From a virus (taxonomy: Duplodnaviria; Caudoviricetes), in the IMG/VR virus record IMGVR_UViG_3300037467_002055, positions 1-64,000 of that record: a DNA stretch of 64,000 bases; one strand, given 5' to 3'. Shown here one piece after another: positions 51,322 through 63,200 of this stretch (its first letter is position 1; each line of letters opens with the position of its first letter). The translations under genes were made by a program, and so were the position numbers. The notes below the pieces were generated by a model, which saw only the letters and a program-made list of their open reading frames with translations, was not told the DNA's origin and did no database searches.

Positions 51322-51957
51322 TCACAGGCCCAGCTGGGAGCGTATCGACGCGATGAAGGCGGCCCAGGTGGCCACCGCCGCGTCCAGATCGGCGCCAGTA
51401 GCTGCGGCTCGCATATCGTACTGGCTGTCAAAGCGCTGATCCCGCATGCGTCTGCGGGCATCGGCCAGCGCCTCCGCACGGCCGATGACCTGCTGCGCGG
51501 CCCAGGCGTTTGTCTGGACCTGCATGGTCGGATTCTTCTGTGCGAACTTGACCACCGACTCGGGCGCCGGCTCCGCGTAGCCCGAGTCGGCGAAAGCCTG
51601 GGCCTCGGCAAGTGCGTCCTTGTACTCCTCGGCACGCTCGCCAACCGCGGCTTTCACGACAGCGTCAATGTCGATATAACACTTGGCTAGGGCATCCACC
51701 CGCCGGCTTGCAAGTGGCTGGACGTACGTCCACCTTTTTGCAGTCTCGTCCCAGACATAATCAGCGGACGGCTGTGGCGGCTGGTAATCCATCAATTGAC
51801 CAGTCGACATATCGAGCTGCTGAGACATAGGGTCGACTGGCCCCATAATACATCCGCACCCGTCAGGTATATTCTCGTTGAGGTGCTCAGCGGGGCAATC
51901 AATCGATACCCCGGTGAATAGGCCAGTCTCATTACTGTAAATCCAGTATTTGCTCAT
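51322..51957 (-). CDS. tail fibre assembly/chaperone protein
   Basis: DYQPPQP..DYVWD...KRW; helical C-terminus; directly follows the fibre gene. Confidence 0.7.
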   Translation of the reverse strand: MSKYWIYSNETGLFTGVSIDCPAEHLNENIPDGCGCIMGPVDPMSQQLDMSTGQLMDYQPPQPSADYVWDETAKRWTYVQPLASRRVDALAKCYIDIDAVVKAAVGERAEEYKDALAEAQAFADSGYAEPAPESVVKFAQKNPTMQVQTNAWAAQQVIGRAEALADARRRMRDQRFDSQYDMRAAATGADLDAAVATWAAFIASIRSQLGL

Positions 51958-54900
51958 TTTTTAATTATCTCAGCAATCATCTGCACGTCATTGGCTACGG
52001 AAGTCACAGCCCCGGAAGTGCCGACACTGCACCTAAAGTAAATAGTTGTAGCGACACCTGCTGTTACCGAAAGCCTTTTTGACCCGGTAAAGTTTGCGGT
52101 ATTCCCAGTATTATCGTAGACCGCCTTGGTATTATCGGAAGAACTGAATCCGCCGGTATCTACTTTAATATAGGCGACATCAAAAGCAAATGGGCCGCCA
52201 CCGGAAGTCGTATATTTGACGAAACACGCGTAATGGACAGTAACAACTCCTGTCACCGCCGGAGTGAATGAGTATGAGGCCAGTGTCGTATAATCAGAAT
52301 TGGACGAAGGCGGCGACGAGAATGGGCTTCGAGTTGTCAATGAAACTGAAGTGGCCTGCACAAGTGCCGTATCGGTCGCGGCGTTATCAACAAGATTTCC
52401 GGTGGTGACAACCTGGCTTCCGGAGAGCGTGCCGGCGAATGTGCCTGAAGCTCCCGACAGCGTTCCGGTTATCGAACCCGAGAACGCCACGTTGGAGCTG
52501 GGCTGGTAAGGGTTTTCCGCTGCAAGCGTGGACTTCACGAGGGTGGACTTGATCACACCGCTCGCATTGATGTCCTTGTCGACCGCCCGGTATGCCTGGA
52601 CACCGAATGTCGTGTAAAGGTTGGCCGCCGAGCCGAACAGGATGAACGCCCGTTTTGCTGCCGGCACGGTGAAAACCGTTTCCGCTGCAGGCGTCGTACC
52701 GAACGAATACGATGAGCTGCTGGACGATTGGTACACATAGACCAGAAACCCGTCGATGTCGCCCTCGTTGCCAGACCAGCCCCACTCAAACGAGATGTCA
52801 GCCGAGCCGTCGGTGCGGATCGTATGGTCGACCGCTGTGCCGTCGGAAAGGACTGTCGGCGCTGTCACGGCCGTACCGTTACGATCGTTGGACGAATTGA
52901 AGTTGGTGGCTGCGGTGGCTACGGTGTCGGCCGACACGCCGGCAACCAGCGTGCCGGACGGGGCGCCCACGGTGGCGCCCGGGGCATGTCGCCCGATCCA
53001 CAGACCAGCCGCGCGCAGGTATTGGCCGCTAAAGCTGAACCCGTTCATTTGAATCCACGGCGTAGCGGTCGTGGAGTCGGCCGGCACCGTACAGCTACCT
53101 GTCACATACGTCCAGCCATTCCTCCCGTTCACCGCCGCCGCTGCATTCCAGCCGGTGATGGCACCACTCTTGCTGTTCGTCTTCACGCCCAGCGAGCAGG
53201 TGTAATCGGTGAGCGTGGTTTCCAACCACGCGCTGAAATACAGAGTCTCACCGGGAGTTACTGGAAAATCATTGCCAGTCTCAAAAGAATCGCGCCGCGT
53301 GAACCAGATGTTCTTTTGGTACGGAAACACAGCGCCAGGACTGACGACATTCTCGATACCGTCCACAGTCCAGCCGGCGTACGTACCGTCGTCAAACATC
53401 CCCTTTTTAATGAGATTTGACGAATCGTAGAACCTGTTCGTAACGTTGCCATAATCTGCCATCGTCGCGGCTTTTGCCGCAATCGCATTAATCAGGGCCT
53501 GTTTGGCGGTATAGTAATTGGTGAAATTGGCTCGGAAAGTCGACCCGACAATCGCCGTATCTGTTGAGGTATCACTATATGACACTGAGCCCAGGTACGT
53601 ACTCAAGGCGCTATACGCGCTGTCGTATGCAGTGCGGCTCACTCCCAACGAATCGGCCTGTGTGTCCAAACCCGACTTCTCGCCAGAGATCGCGTTCCAC
53701 AGGCCGATCACCTGCGACTTCTCGCCCTTGGATAAAGTGTTATCGTCGGCAATCGCGTCGACGGCGGCTTTTGCTGCATTAGCATTCGCCTCAACCGTCT
53801 GCGCCAGCGTTCCGCCGACATATGTGCCTGGCGGCGCGCCCACGGTAGCGTTGTCGGCCGGTTTACCGGCGCCGGAGACGCCCGCCCAGCTCGCAAGGGT
53901 GGCTGCTTTTGCAGCCATGGCGTTCAGCAGCGCCTGCTTTGCCGTGTAGTAGTTGGTGAAGTTGGTCCGAAAATCTGACCCGACAATCGCAGTATCCGTC
54001 GTGGTGTCGTTGTATGCCACCGACCCGAGATACGTACTCAGCGTGCTGTATGCGCTGTCGTATGCAGTGCGGCTGACGCCAAGTGCGTCGGCCTGCGTGT
54101 CCAGGCCACCCTTCTCGCCCGAGATCGCGTTCCAGTCGGCGATCACCTGCGACTTCTCGCCCTTGGACAGAACATTGTCGTCGGCGATGAGGCTGAGTGC
54201 CGCCATCGCCTCGTCCGAGCCGACACCGTAGCGGCCGATGGAAATCCAGTCGACCTCAAAAACGTCGGACGACGTATTGCCAAGGTCGAGGCGCAGATGT
54301 GTCACGTTGCCTGACGTCCAGTCGGTAGGGCTGGACGACTTCGCCATGTCCCATTCAACGATGACCCAGTTTCCGCCGACGGTCGGGTCGGGCGACACGA
54401 GACCGAAATAGCTGCCGTTCTCTCCGTGGCTGGCGTTACCGTAGAACAGGAAGCCGTCCCAGCCACTGCCCCCGATACGGCGCACCCTCGCACGGACCTT
54501 GTCGTACTTGGCGCCAGAGAAAACAGGGTCTGCGGCCAGCATCGGATCGGCATTGGTGGCCGTCACGGTGATCGAATTCGCATTCGCCGTCAACGTGGTC
54601 GAGTTCTCACCGTACCAGCCCTGCACCGTACCGCTGAAGTCGTAAGTAACCAGCGGGGTGAACGAGCCCCTTGCGGCAGTATCGGCCCTATATTTGGCTT
54701 CGGCTGCGCTCGGGAACCATTCACTGTAGACGTCACCCTCTTGCACAATCAGATCGTCGACGTGGAATTCGTCGTTCGCAACAACAGTGCCCCCAGTACC
54801 GTCAATGAAAATACCGTTCGCCTCAGCGGACGAACCCCACGTAATGCGTGCAGTGTATGTCTGCCAGCTCGTGGTCAGAGCGGGCTTGGATACCCATACC

Positions 54901-55802
54901 ACGGATGCTGGAGCAGTACCCCAGCGCAATTCGGGAGTGTTCATCCCGGCGCCATTGACCTTTTTGGCCTTGAACGAGACGATATAGGTCTTGTTCGGTT
55001 GCCAGCCGCCCCTGACGCCGCCTACTGTTCCATCCACCTCGACAATCGAGGCGTCCGAAACAAGTCCAAATGTGTTCGTCGTTGTTGCGTTAGCCCGGAG
55101 GGCAAATGCCTTGCCTCCGGTGCGGCCAAGTACGTCCATGTATGTTACGGATATGCCGCCATTGTTGTAGGCGTTGTACCCGCTCGGTCGGTTCGAGCCC
55201 GCCTGCGCGCGCAGCTCGAAGCCGCTATTCCACATCAGGTTGTCGCCGCCAAGGGTACCGGTGAAATTCGCCGCGTTCGCGCCGACCGTGCTGGCCGCAG
55301 TCCAGGCGCCCCCGATCTTCTGGTACAGGGTCAGCGTGTCGGTGGCGAAGTAGAAGTCGCCATTGGCGCCGGTCGGCCGGGCCGAGAGTAAGCCTTGCGT
55401 CGTGCTGTTGGCTGTGGCGTTGAGCGCGCCGGTATAGCCCAGCGACCCGATCGTCACACGCTTTACGGTCTTCGAATCGCTGAACGTCAGGCCGTTGGGT
55501 GTCGTCAGCGTGGCCGTGACGGTCACGTCGCTCGAGCCCATGGCCGACTGGTTCATCGTAAAGATCTTGCCGCTGGCATCGACCGAGAACGTCACGCTGG
55601 GCGACGTCGTGAACACGACGGTGCCAACCACGCTGATCGGTGTCGCCACCATGTTGATGACGGAGGGCGTGCCGCCGCCCGAGCCATCCACGAACACGTA
55701 GTTCGAAGTGGTGGACAGGATCAGCGCGCTACCGCCCGCTGCCAGGGTGCGCGAGACCTCAGCCTGCAGGATCTTGTCGAATTCGTTGACGGGTGTAGCC
55801 AT
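51954..55802 (-). CDS. tail fibre / host-specificity protein
   Basis: ~1282 aa, Thr/Ser/Gly-rich, jelly-roll-like modules, internal duplication; ATGA overlap at 55802. Confidence 0.8.
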   Translation of the reverse strand: MATPVNEFDKILQAEVSRTLAAGGSALILSTTSNYVFVDGSGGGTPSVINMVATPISVVGTVVFTTSPSVTFSVDASGKIFTMNQSAMGSSDVTVTATLTTPNGLTFSDSKTVKRVTIGSLGYTGALNATANSTTQGLLSARPTGANGDFYFATDTLTLYQKIGGAWTAASTVGANAANFTGTLGGDNLMWNSGFELRAQAGSNRPSGYNAYNNGGISVTYMDVLGRTGGKAFALRANATTTNTFGLVSDASIVEVDGTVGGVRGGWQPNKTYIVSFKAKKVNGAGMNTPELRWGTAPASVVWVSKPALTTSWQTYTARITWGSSAEANGIFIDGTGGTVVANDEFHVDDLIVQEGDVYSEWFPSAAEAKYRADTAARGSFTPLVTYDFSGTVQGWYGENSTTLTANANSITVTATNADPMLAADPVFSGAKYDKVRARVRRIGGSGWDGFLFYGNASHGENGSYFGLVSPDPTVGGNWVIVEWDMAKSSSPTDWTSGNVTHLRLDLGNTSSDVFEVDWISIGRYGVGSDEAMAALSLIADDNVLSKGEKSQVIADWNAISGEKGGLDTQADALGVSRTAYDSAYSTLSTYLGSVAYNDTTTDTAIVGSDFRTNFTNYYTAKQALLNAMAAKAATLASWAGVSGAGKPADNATVGAPPGTYVGGTLAQTVEANANAAKAAVDAIADDNTLSKGEKSQVIGLWNAISGEKSGLDTQADSLGVSRTAYDSAYSALSTYLGSVSYSDTSTDTAIVGSTFRANFTNYYTAKQALINAIAAKAATMADYGNVTNRFYDSSNLIKKGMFDDGTYAGWTVDGIENVVSPGAVFPYQKNIWFTRRDSFETGNDFPVTPGETLYFSAWLETTLTDYTCSLGVKTNSKSGAITGWNAAAAVNGRNGWTYVTGSCTVPADSTTATPWIQMNGFSFSGQYLRAAGLWIGRHAPGATVGAPSGTLVAGVSADTVATAATNFNSSNDRNGTAVTAPTVLSDGTAVDHTIRTDGSADISFEWGWSGNEGDIDGFLVYVYQSSSSSSYSFGTTPAAETVFTVPAAKRAFILFGSAANLYTTFGVQAYRAVDKDINASGVIKSTLVKSTLAAENPYQPSSNVAFSGSITGTLSGASGTFAGTLSGSQVVTTGNLVDNAATDTALVQATSVSLTTRSPFSSPPSSNSDYTTLASYSFTPAVTGVVTVHYACFVKYTTSGGGPFAFDVAYIKVDTGGFSSSDNTKAVYDNTGNTANFTGSKRLSVTAGVATTIYFRCSVGTSGAVTSVANDVQMIAEIIKK
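53458..54200 (-). repeat. internal duplication of a ~100-aa module (435-bp period)
   Basis: IADDN.LSKGEKSQVI..WNAISGEK.GLDTQAD.LGVSRTAYDSAYS.LSTYLGSV..FTNYYTAKQAL occurs twice. Confidence 0.9.
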
Positions 55803-57298
55803 CAGATCATAACTCCTACGGTGGTGCGGCCGGCCGCCCATTTCGTCGACATCGAGACCACGATGCCAGTCGGGCCGGATGCGAGATTGAATCGTCGGTT
55901 GGTCAGAGTGACCGCCTGGCCCATCACAAGCTGGAACAGGGTTGCGTAGCCGTCGAACTGGTACGTCGTGCGCGGCACCTTGCGAATGTTCAGGCGGCGC
56001 TGTGCCTCCGCGGTTGCATCGACGCGGCGCAGCAGCACGGTGTCTTCCTGCGTCGGTTCCACGGTCAGGCGATACAACGTCTTGGTGGTCGTGTCCTCGG
56101 CCTTCGTGGTCAGGTAGGGCAGACCCATCAGCGCGAGGGCCTCGGCCGGCAAGCTGGTCTGGAGCGCGCTCTGCGGGGTCTGGTTGGGGCAGAACGACAG
56201 CAGCACGGCGCCCTGCACCAGGTCGCGCGTCACCGGGTACAGGGTGTGCTCGTCCATGTGCTTTGGCAGGATGTTGAAGGTCGGTGTCAGGCTGGCGAAG
56301 TCCAGCTGCAGCAGCTGCAGCTGGCCGGCGCGCGAGGTGGTCAGCTGCGCCTGCAGCGCGCCCGTCAGCTGTTCGATCACCGAGACCGTGTTGGCCGTAC
56401 CGGTCACGACGGTCCCCACCGGCTGCGTGTGCGCGGCGTCGAACTGGCTAAAATTGGTCAGGTCGATCTCGCTGTCGGTGAAGCGGTTGCCGGCGGCACC
56501 GTAGTTCTTCACGATCTTCTTCACAAGCCCGGCCACGGTGTTCGTATAGCCGCCGGCGCTGTCACCCTGCAGCGACACCGTGACCGTGCCGGCCGGCGAG
56601 TTGATCAGCTTGAACGTGCCGTGTGCAAGGTCTACAATCACCGCCGACCAGCCGATGGTGTCGTTGGCGATCGGCACGCCGTTGTCGCGGATCTCGATCA
56701 GGCCGTTGATCGTGCCGTCGTGCACCTGGTACTGCAGCGCCGTCGGATCGATCAGGAGCGGCGTCATGTTGACGACCTCGCCCAGCGCCAGCGGCACGAT
56801 GGTGCCCTGGTTGGCGCCGGTGCCGCCCAGCAGATGCTCGGTGATCGCTGCGTTCAGCCGCTCCTGCTTGTCGCGGATCTTCAAGTTCACGCTAGTGCGC
56901 GACTTGTTGCCGATGTCGGCCGACACGCCGGTGAACACCGGCACGTAGTCCGCGCGCGCCCAGCGCACATCACCAAACAGGATGGTGACCGGCCGGTTGG
57001 TCCAGACGTACGTCAGCCACGCATCGAACGCGCCGTCCGTGTTGTCTACCCCGATCTCGCCGACCGTCATCGTAGCCTTGCCGTCCAGCGAAACACTTTC
57101 GTCCGTCTGGATGTCGTCCTGGACCAGCACGGCGCGATACGGCTGGCTGGCCGGCGTGTCGCTGGCCCAGCTGGCGTACGGCAGCACCGACAGGTAGAAC
57201 GTGGTGTCGACGCCACCCACGTTGGCGACGGCCTCCACCAGCACGTTGCGGATCGCGGCGGGGTCGTCAAGCCAGTTGCTGAATTGGGTAGGTGTCAT
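55802..57298 (-). CDS. baseplate hub/tail tip protein
   Basis: Directly after tape measure; PLALGEV.NMTP.LID..L.YQVHDG. Confidence 0.7.
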   Translation of the reverse strand: MTPTQFSNWLDDPAAIRNVLVEAVANVGGVDTTFYLSVLPYASWASDTPASQPYRAVLVQDDIQTDESVSLDGKATMTVGEIGVDNTDGAFDAWLTYVWTNRPVTILFGDVRWARADYVPVFTGVSADIGNKSRTSVNLKIRDKQERLNAAITEHLLGGTGANQGTIVPLALGEVVNMTPLLIDPTALQYQVHDGTINGLIEIRDNGVPIANDTIGWSAVIVDLAHGTFKLINSPAGTVTVSLQGDSAGGYTNTVAGLVKKIVKNYGAAGNRFTDSEIDLTNFSQFDAAHTQPVGTVVTGTANTVSVIEQLTGALQAQLTTSRAGQLQLLQLDFASLTPTFNILPKHMDEHTLYPVTRDLVQGAVLLSFCPNQTPQSALQTSLPAEALALMGLPYLTTKAEDTTTKTLYRLTVEPTQEDTVLLRRVDATAEAQRRLNIRKVPRTTYQFDGYATLFQLVMGQAVTLTNRRFNLASGPTGIVVSMSTKWAAGRTTVGVMI

Positions 57299-60200
57299 CG
57301 CAGATTCGCAGTATTTTGAGCGGCCCACGCCGCGGTCTGGGTGGCCGTAGACACCGCGCCAGAGACCTCGTCGGCGTTATCCGACGCGGCCTTCAGCGTT
57401 GCCGCCACCTGGGTCGCCGACTGCTGCTGCAGATCGGTACGCAGGGAGGTGAACTCGGACTTGAAGCTCGTCAGCAGGCGCTCCAGGAACGCGCTGTTTG
57501 CAGCCGGCAGGCCCGAATACAGATCGGTCGTGGTCGGCGTGGTCGGCACCGTGGCCGTACCGTACTGCGTGCTGGGCAGCGGGCTCGATACCGCACCTTT
57601 CGAATTCTGGTAGTTCGCGTATTCGGCGGTGTGCTTGATCTGGTCGGCGATCGAGGCAAGGTTCGCCTCGCCACTCTTGATCTCGATGTTCCAGAGCTTG
57701 AGCATGACGTCGTCTGGTGCATGCCCAAGCAGTTCCTGGTACAAGGACGTGATCGCCTGGCCGTTGACCGTCGAGCTCTGGCCGCCCGTCATCGCGATCA
57801 TCAGGTTGTTGATGCCCTCGGCGACCGAATTGACGCCTGCGTTGATGTCGGTCAGCTGCGTGACCTGGGCGTACAGCGCGTTCAGGCTGGACTGGCTGGT
57901 ATCGGCCTGCGTCTCGGCAAGGTCTGCCATCGACGACATGGCCGAAGTGACACGGTTGAAGTCCGACTGGTAGGTGCTGTTCGAGGCGTTCGCATCCTTC
58001 GAAGCCTGCAGGAACGCCTGCGCCGCGGACTGCAGATTGCCCTGCGCCGTCGTGTCGCCGGCGCGCGCCTTGGCCAGCGTCGAGTCGAACTGGGCCATCG
58101 CCGCACCGTACTTGTCGGCCGGGTTCAGCAACGACAGATTGCCGGTTTGGAGCGTCACGACGAAGCTGCGCAGCGACGTGCTGAATGTCTTCAGGCGGTC
58201 GATCGCCGACTGCATTGCCTGGCTCTCGGTCTGGTAGGCACTCGCAAGGTCGGTCTTGGCCTGGGCGACAGTCTTGGCCTTTTGCACCTGATCGAACAGC
58301 AGCTGGTTCTGCGGGTCGAGCTTCGCGCGCGCGGCCGCATCCTTCTCGGCCTGCGTCATGGTCAGGTCGTCCAGCTGGTTTTGCAGGTCGGTGGCGACAT
58401 CGGTGACCGACTTGAACGCCTGTGCGACGTTCATCAGATCGGTGTACGCCTGGGCGCCGGCGTCGCCCATTGCGCCGAATGCGATCGTCGCCTGGGTGAA
58501 TTTTTGGACCGCATCCTTGCCTTCGGTCGACAGGCCATACTTGGCCAGGATCGGATCGATCTCCGCGCGCGTGGCGGCCGTCTGCTGGCCCTGCGTCAGC
58601 ATGTTCTGGAAGAACCAGCTGGCCTGCGAGGTGAACTTGTCCAGACCGCCGGCCAGCTCGATCAGGTGCTCGCGCGCGGCGATCGAGGACGTGCCCACCT
58701 GCGCGTAAGTCGTGCCGAGCGACTTGAACACGGTGTCCACCGTGGCGTAATCGACAGCCACGCGCGTGAGGGTCTGGAGGTAGCCCTCGCCGGCCTGCTG
58801 GAACTGCTCAAGTCCGCCGACGGCGAACTGCGCCATCTGGTCGCCCAGCTTCGAGAAGGCAGCATTGATCTTGGCCTGGGCGTCGGAACTGCTCAGGCCT
58901 TTCAGGTCAATCTTGCCGATGTCGACCACGAAGCTGTTCAGACGATTCTTGAACGCCGCGCCGGACATGCCCATCATGCCGGCAGCCGATGTGATCGTAT
59001 CATCCAGCCCGGTCAGAACTTTCGAGATCTGCAGGTTGGCCTCGGCGCCCAGCGACGACGTCTTGGTCTCGTTCTTGCTGTGGCTGAACCAGCCGCCATC
59101 CGTATGGATATCGGCGTACGACATGGCGTTCACGCCAAGGGATTCGGCCGCGCTCAGCGACGTTTTGCCCATGGTGAAGCCCTGGCTGGTAAGCGTCTGC
59201 TTGCCACCAAAGATCGTGTTGCCGACCTTGTTGATCAGGTTGTCCACGAACGGGACCTTGGCTGCCAGCATGCCCAGAGGGCCCGCAGCCACACCGCCAA
59301 GCACGGTCAGGCCGCCGCCGGCCAGCGTCCGGCCCAGCCCGTTGTTCGTGTTCAGCGGCGTGCCTGAGCCAGTCACGTTCGAGTCGCGGAACAGCAGGCT
59401 GACGAAACTTGTAATGTTGCCCTCGATCGACTGCAGCGCGGTCAGCATGCCTTGCGCGATCGGCAGATTGTTGTACGTGTTCTGCTTGACGGCGTCTAGC
59501 GACTTGGCGATCGACTCGCTCTGCTTGTCCGGATCGCCCAGCACGGTACCGGTCTGGTTGGCCTGCTGCTTCTCGGCTTCCGACTGGCTGCCACCACCGC
59601 CACCAAAACCCCCCACCATGTTGACACCGACAGCCACCAGCGCGGCAAGGGTTGCAGCGCCTGCTGCGAGATTCAGCGGGAAGGGCATCGACGCGATAGC
59701 GCGAGCCACGGCAGTGACGCCCCAGGCGGCGGCCGAAACGCCGGCGTTGACCACGTCCACAGCAGCCGCAGCAACCCCTGACGCCGACTTGGTAGCATCA
59801 CCCGTAACGGTGGCGGCGACCTCGGCCTCCTTGAAGATGATCTTCTTGGCCATGGCTTCAGCGGATTGCGTGATCTCCAGGATCCGGAAGGCCTTTTCAG
59901 CAGCCGACAGCACCTTGTAGCCCTTCGAATTCGTGTCGAAGAAGCCCTTGGCCGCGCCGGCCATGTCACCGTAACCCTTGATCTGGGCCGCCGCGATGTC
60001 GTCAGCCGCCTTCTGGCGGTCGGCGTCGGTCTTGCCGCTGTCCGCCAGCGTGGCCTTGATGTCCTTCATCTTGGCGTCATAGGCCGTCGCCGCGACGATC
60101 ATGCCGCCCAGCGCCTGACCACCCTTACCGAAAGCGTCGGACAGCGCCCTGGCGATAGCATTGCCCATGTCAACGCCTAGGTTGCGCATCGCGGCCATCT

Positions 60201-63200
60201 GCTCCTGGATAACGCGCAGCTCGTTCTGGGCTTCCTTGATCTTCTGCATGTCGCCGCCGCGCATGATCGAGGAAGTCGGCGCAAGTTTCGCCTGCGCCGC
60301 CTGCATCTGCGGGATCATGTCTGCGTACGCCTGCTGTGCTTCCATCTGGGAGCTGAGCACCGAAAACAGACCGCTGCCCGGGCCGGCTTGCAGGCGCGCG
60401 GAGCTCAAACGCGTGCTCAGCTCGGCATGCGTCGCGCCGAAAGCGTTCTTGGCCTCGTTGAACCGGGCGTCATTGGCGCCCAGCGCGCGCTGCTGCTCGA
60501 GGTACTGTTTGTAGCGCACCAGGGCATCACGATAGTCGGAGTTCTGTGCGTCAGCGATATCGCTCGACAGGTTGTCGAGCGTGGCCCGATTCTTGGCTTC
60601 CCACTGCAGCAAGAAGGCATCCTCCAGGTGGCCCTGGCTCTCCATCGATTTCGCGCGCGCCTTCAGCTCGAGATCGGACATCTTGTCCAGCGCGTCCTGC
60701 TTCGCGCGGTCGGCCGCGTTCTGGTCGATGCCGATCTGCGCTTCAGCCGTCGTGATGGCGTTGGCATACTTCTGGCGCTGGGCGCCTTTCAGCGGGCCGG
60801 CAGCCGCCAGTTGAGCGCGTGCGACCTCGACACCCTTGCGATCAAGGTCCAGTTTGATCTCCAGCTCACGGTTGATCAGCTGCAGATCACCCAGCTCGCC
60901 GCGCTTGTTCGCCGACTTGGCGTCCTCGATATCGGACTTGGCCTGCATCTGCTTCAGGCGCAACTGCTCCTGCAGCAGTTCGATGCTCGTGCGTGCGTCA
61001 TCGCTGTCGCCGATTTTGGGCGCATCACGCTTGCCAGAGTTGATCGCGGCTTCCAGATCTTTTTCCTGCTGCAGTGCCTCGTTGTAGTTGGTCTTCGTGA
61101 CCACCAGCTTGCCGAGGGCGTCGACCTGCTCCCGCAGGCTGTCCGCCTTCTTCGGGTTGGCGGCGGCAAGGCCTTCCAGCTCGTGCGGCAGGGACTTGAT
61201 TTTTTCTTCGAGCTTCGAGATGTCGTTGCCGATCTGGACAGCTTCGCGGCCCTGTGCGACGGCGTCGTGCAGCTGCACCAGCTTCTGCGCCCGGGTCTGC
61301 GCGGCAGCGTACGCTGCCTTGGCAGCGACTAGGTCTGCGCCGGATTCGTTCGATTCAAACTGGGTCAGAGTGCCATCGTCGCCAGCCGCCAGCTTGCGCG
61401 GGCCCTTGGCGGCCTCGGTAGCCGCGTCGAGACGTGCCTTGGCGTTGGCTTCCTCCATCTGGGCGAACGCCAGCTGCACCTGGTAGGCCGACTCGGCACC
61501 GATACGGCCGGTTTTCTCCAGCTGCACCTGCAGATCATTCAGGTGATTCAGCTCCTGTTCCAGCGACGTGATGGTGCTGTCGATGGAGGTGTTCATGCGG
61601 TCATGGTCCTGCTGGGCCTTCGACGAGGCCCCGCGGAACAGCTCGTAACCGATGCTCACGGCGGCCAGCGCAAGTCCGAGCGGGGCCAGCACCGACAGAG
61701 CTGTGCGCGTCGCAGCGGCGAAACCGCCCAGCACAACCTCGGCGGTCGTGGCGGTCGCGGCCACCTCGGCGGCGCCGGCCGCGGCGGCCGTCTCGCTGGT
61801 GGCGAACAGCTCCAGCTGGCCGGTGGCGACAGTGGCGGCCGTGCCTTCGGCGGCGATCGCTGCGGTGGCAGCCGTGGTGCGGCCAAACAGGAACACGGTG
61901 GCCGACGCCACGGCTTCGAGGATCGGCGGCGCGACCTTCAGCGCGGCATAACCCAGCACCATCGATTCGATGGTGCCGCGACCCTCGATGAGCGCGCGCG
62001 TGACGTTGGCCACGCCTATCGCTAGCCCGGAGAAGAATGCCTGCACGTCGCCCGATCTGGCGAGGCCCTGCAGATCTTCCTCGATCTGGCGGATGGTCGG
62101 CTTGGCGTCCTCGAACGCGTTGGCCAGCACACCTTGGAACGTGCTGCCCAGCTGCTTCCACGCACCCTCGACCGTATCAGCCTTGGCGGCCGTTGCCTCG
62201 AACATCTTGTTGGCTGAGTCCTGCGCGACGTGCAGCAGGTGGTCGTAGTTCTCGACGTGCTGGGTCATCACCTCCATGGCTTTGATCGACTGCGGCGTCA
62301 TGCCCAGCATCTTCAGCGGGTCGCCCGCCTCCTTGAACTCGTTGACCTTGTCGGAGAGCTCGTGGATGAACTGCGTATAGGGCTTGAACTGGCCAGAGGC
62401 GTCGCGCACCGACAGGCCCATCTCCTGCATCGCCTTGGCGGTTTTGGCGCTCGGCTCATACAGTTTGTTCAGGGCCGACGACAGCGGCTGGATCGTCAGG
62501 CCGCGCTCGGCCAGGGCGCCCACGGTCGCCGTGATCTCTTCCATCTTGAGGTTGAACAGCTGGCCGGTCACGGCCGCGCTCTTCATGTCTTCCGCCAGCT
62601 TGTGCACCGACACGTTCGCCTGCGAGCCGACCGCCACCAGCGTGTCACCGACGCGGCCAATATCGGCCGACGTCAGGCCGAACGCATGCATCGACTCGAC
62701 CGCCATCTCGGCCGCCTCGGCCACGTGCATCTCGCCCAGCTGGGCAAGTCGCATGACGTCGGGCAGCGCGCGGAAGACTTCGGCCTGGGACAGGCCTGCC
62801 TGGGCGAGTGCGTGCACGCCCTCAGCCGCATCCTTCAGGTCGGTCATCGTACCGGCCGAGATGCCGATAAACTTGTTGATGTCGATCGGCGTCATGTCGC
62901 CCGACAGCGCGTTCAGCGACTTCAGCTGGAATTCAACCTCGGCGCCGGTCTCGGCGATGTGGTGGAGCGCGGCCGCGACGGCGCCGCCGGCGAGCAGCGC
63001 GATCAGCTGGCCGTGGTGCAGGCCATAGATGCCAGCCTGGTGCGCGGCGCCGCGGAAAGCGCCTTCGGCCTGACGCATGACGTCGTTCAGTTCCAGCTGG
63101 GCAGTGGCTGCGCCGCGCGCGGTGCCCGCCAGCTCAGCTTCCGCTGCGGCGGCGCCGCGCGAAGCGGCAGCCAGGCGCGCCTCAGCCGCGGCAAGTGCGT

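Noticed and set aside
51954-55802. Diversity-generating retroelement acting on the tail fibre
   Set aside because: No reverse transcriptase in the window; repeat differences are not adenine-specific and both copies are coding
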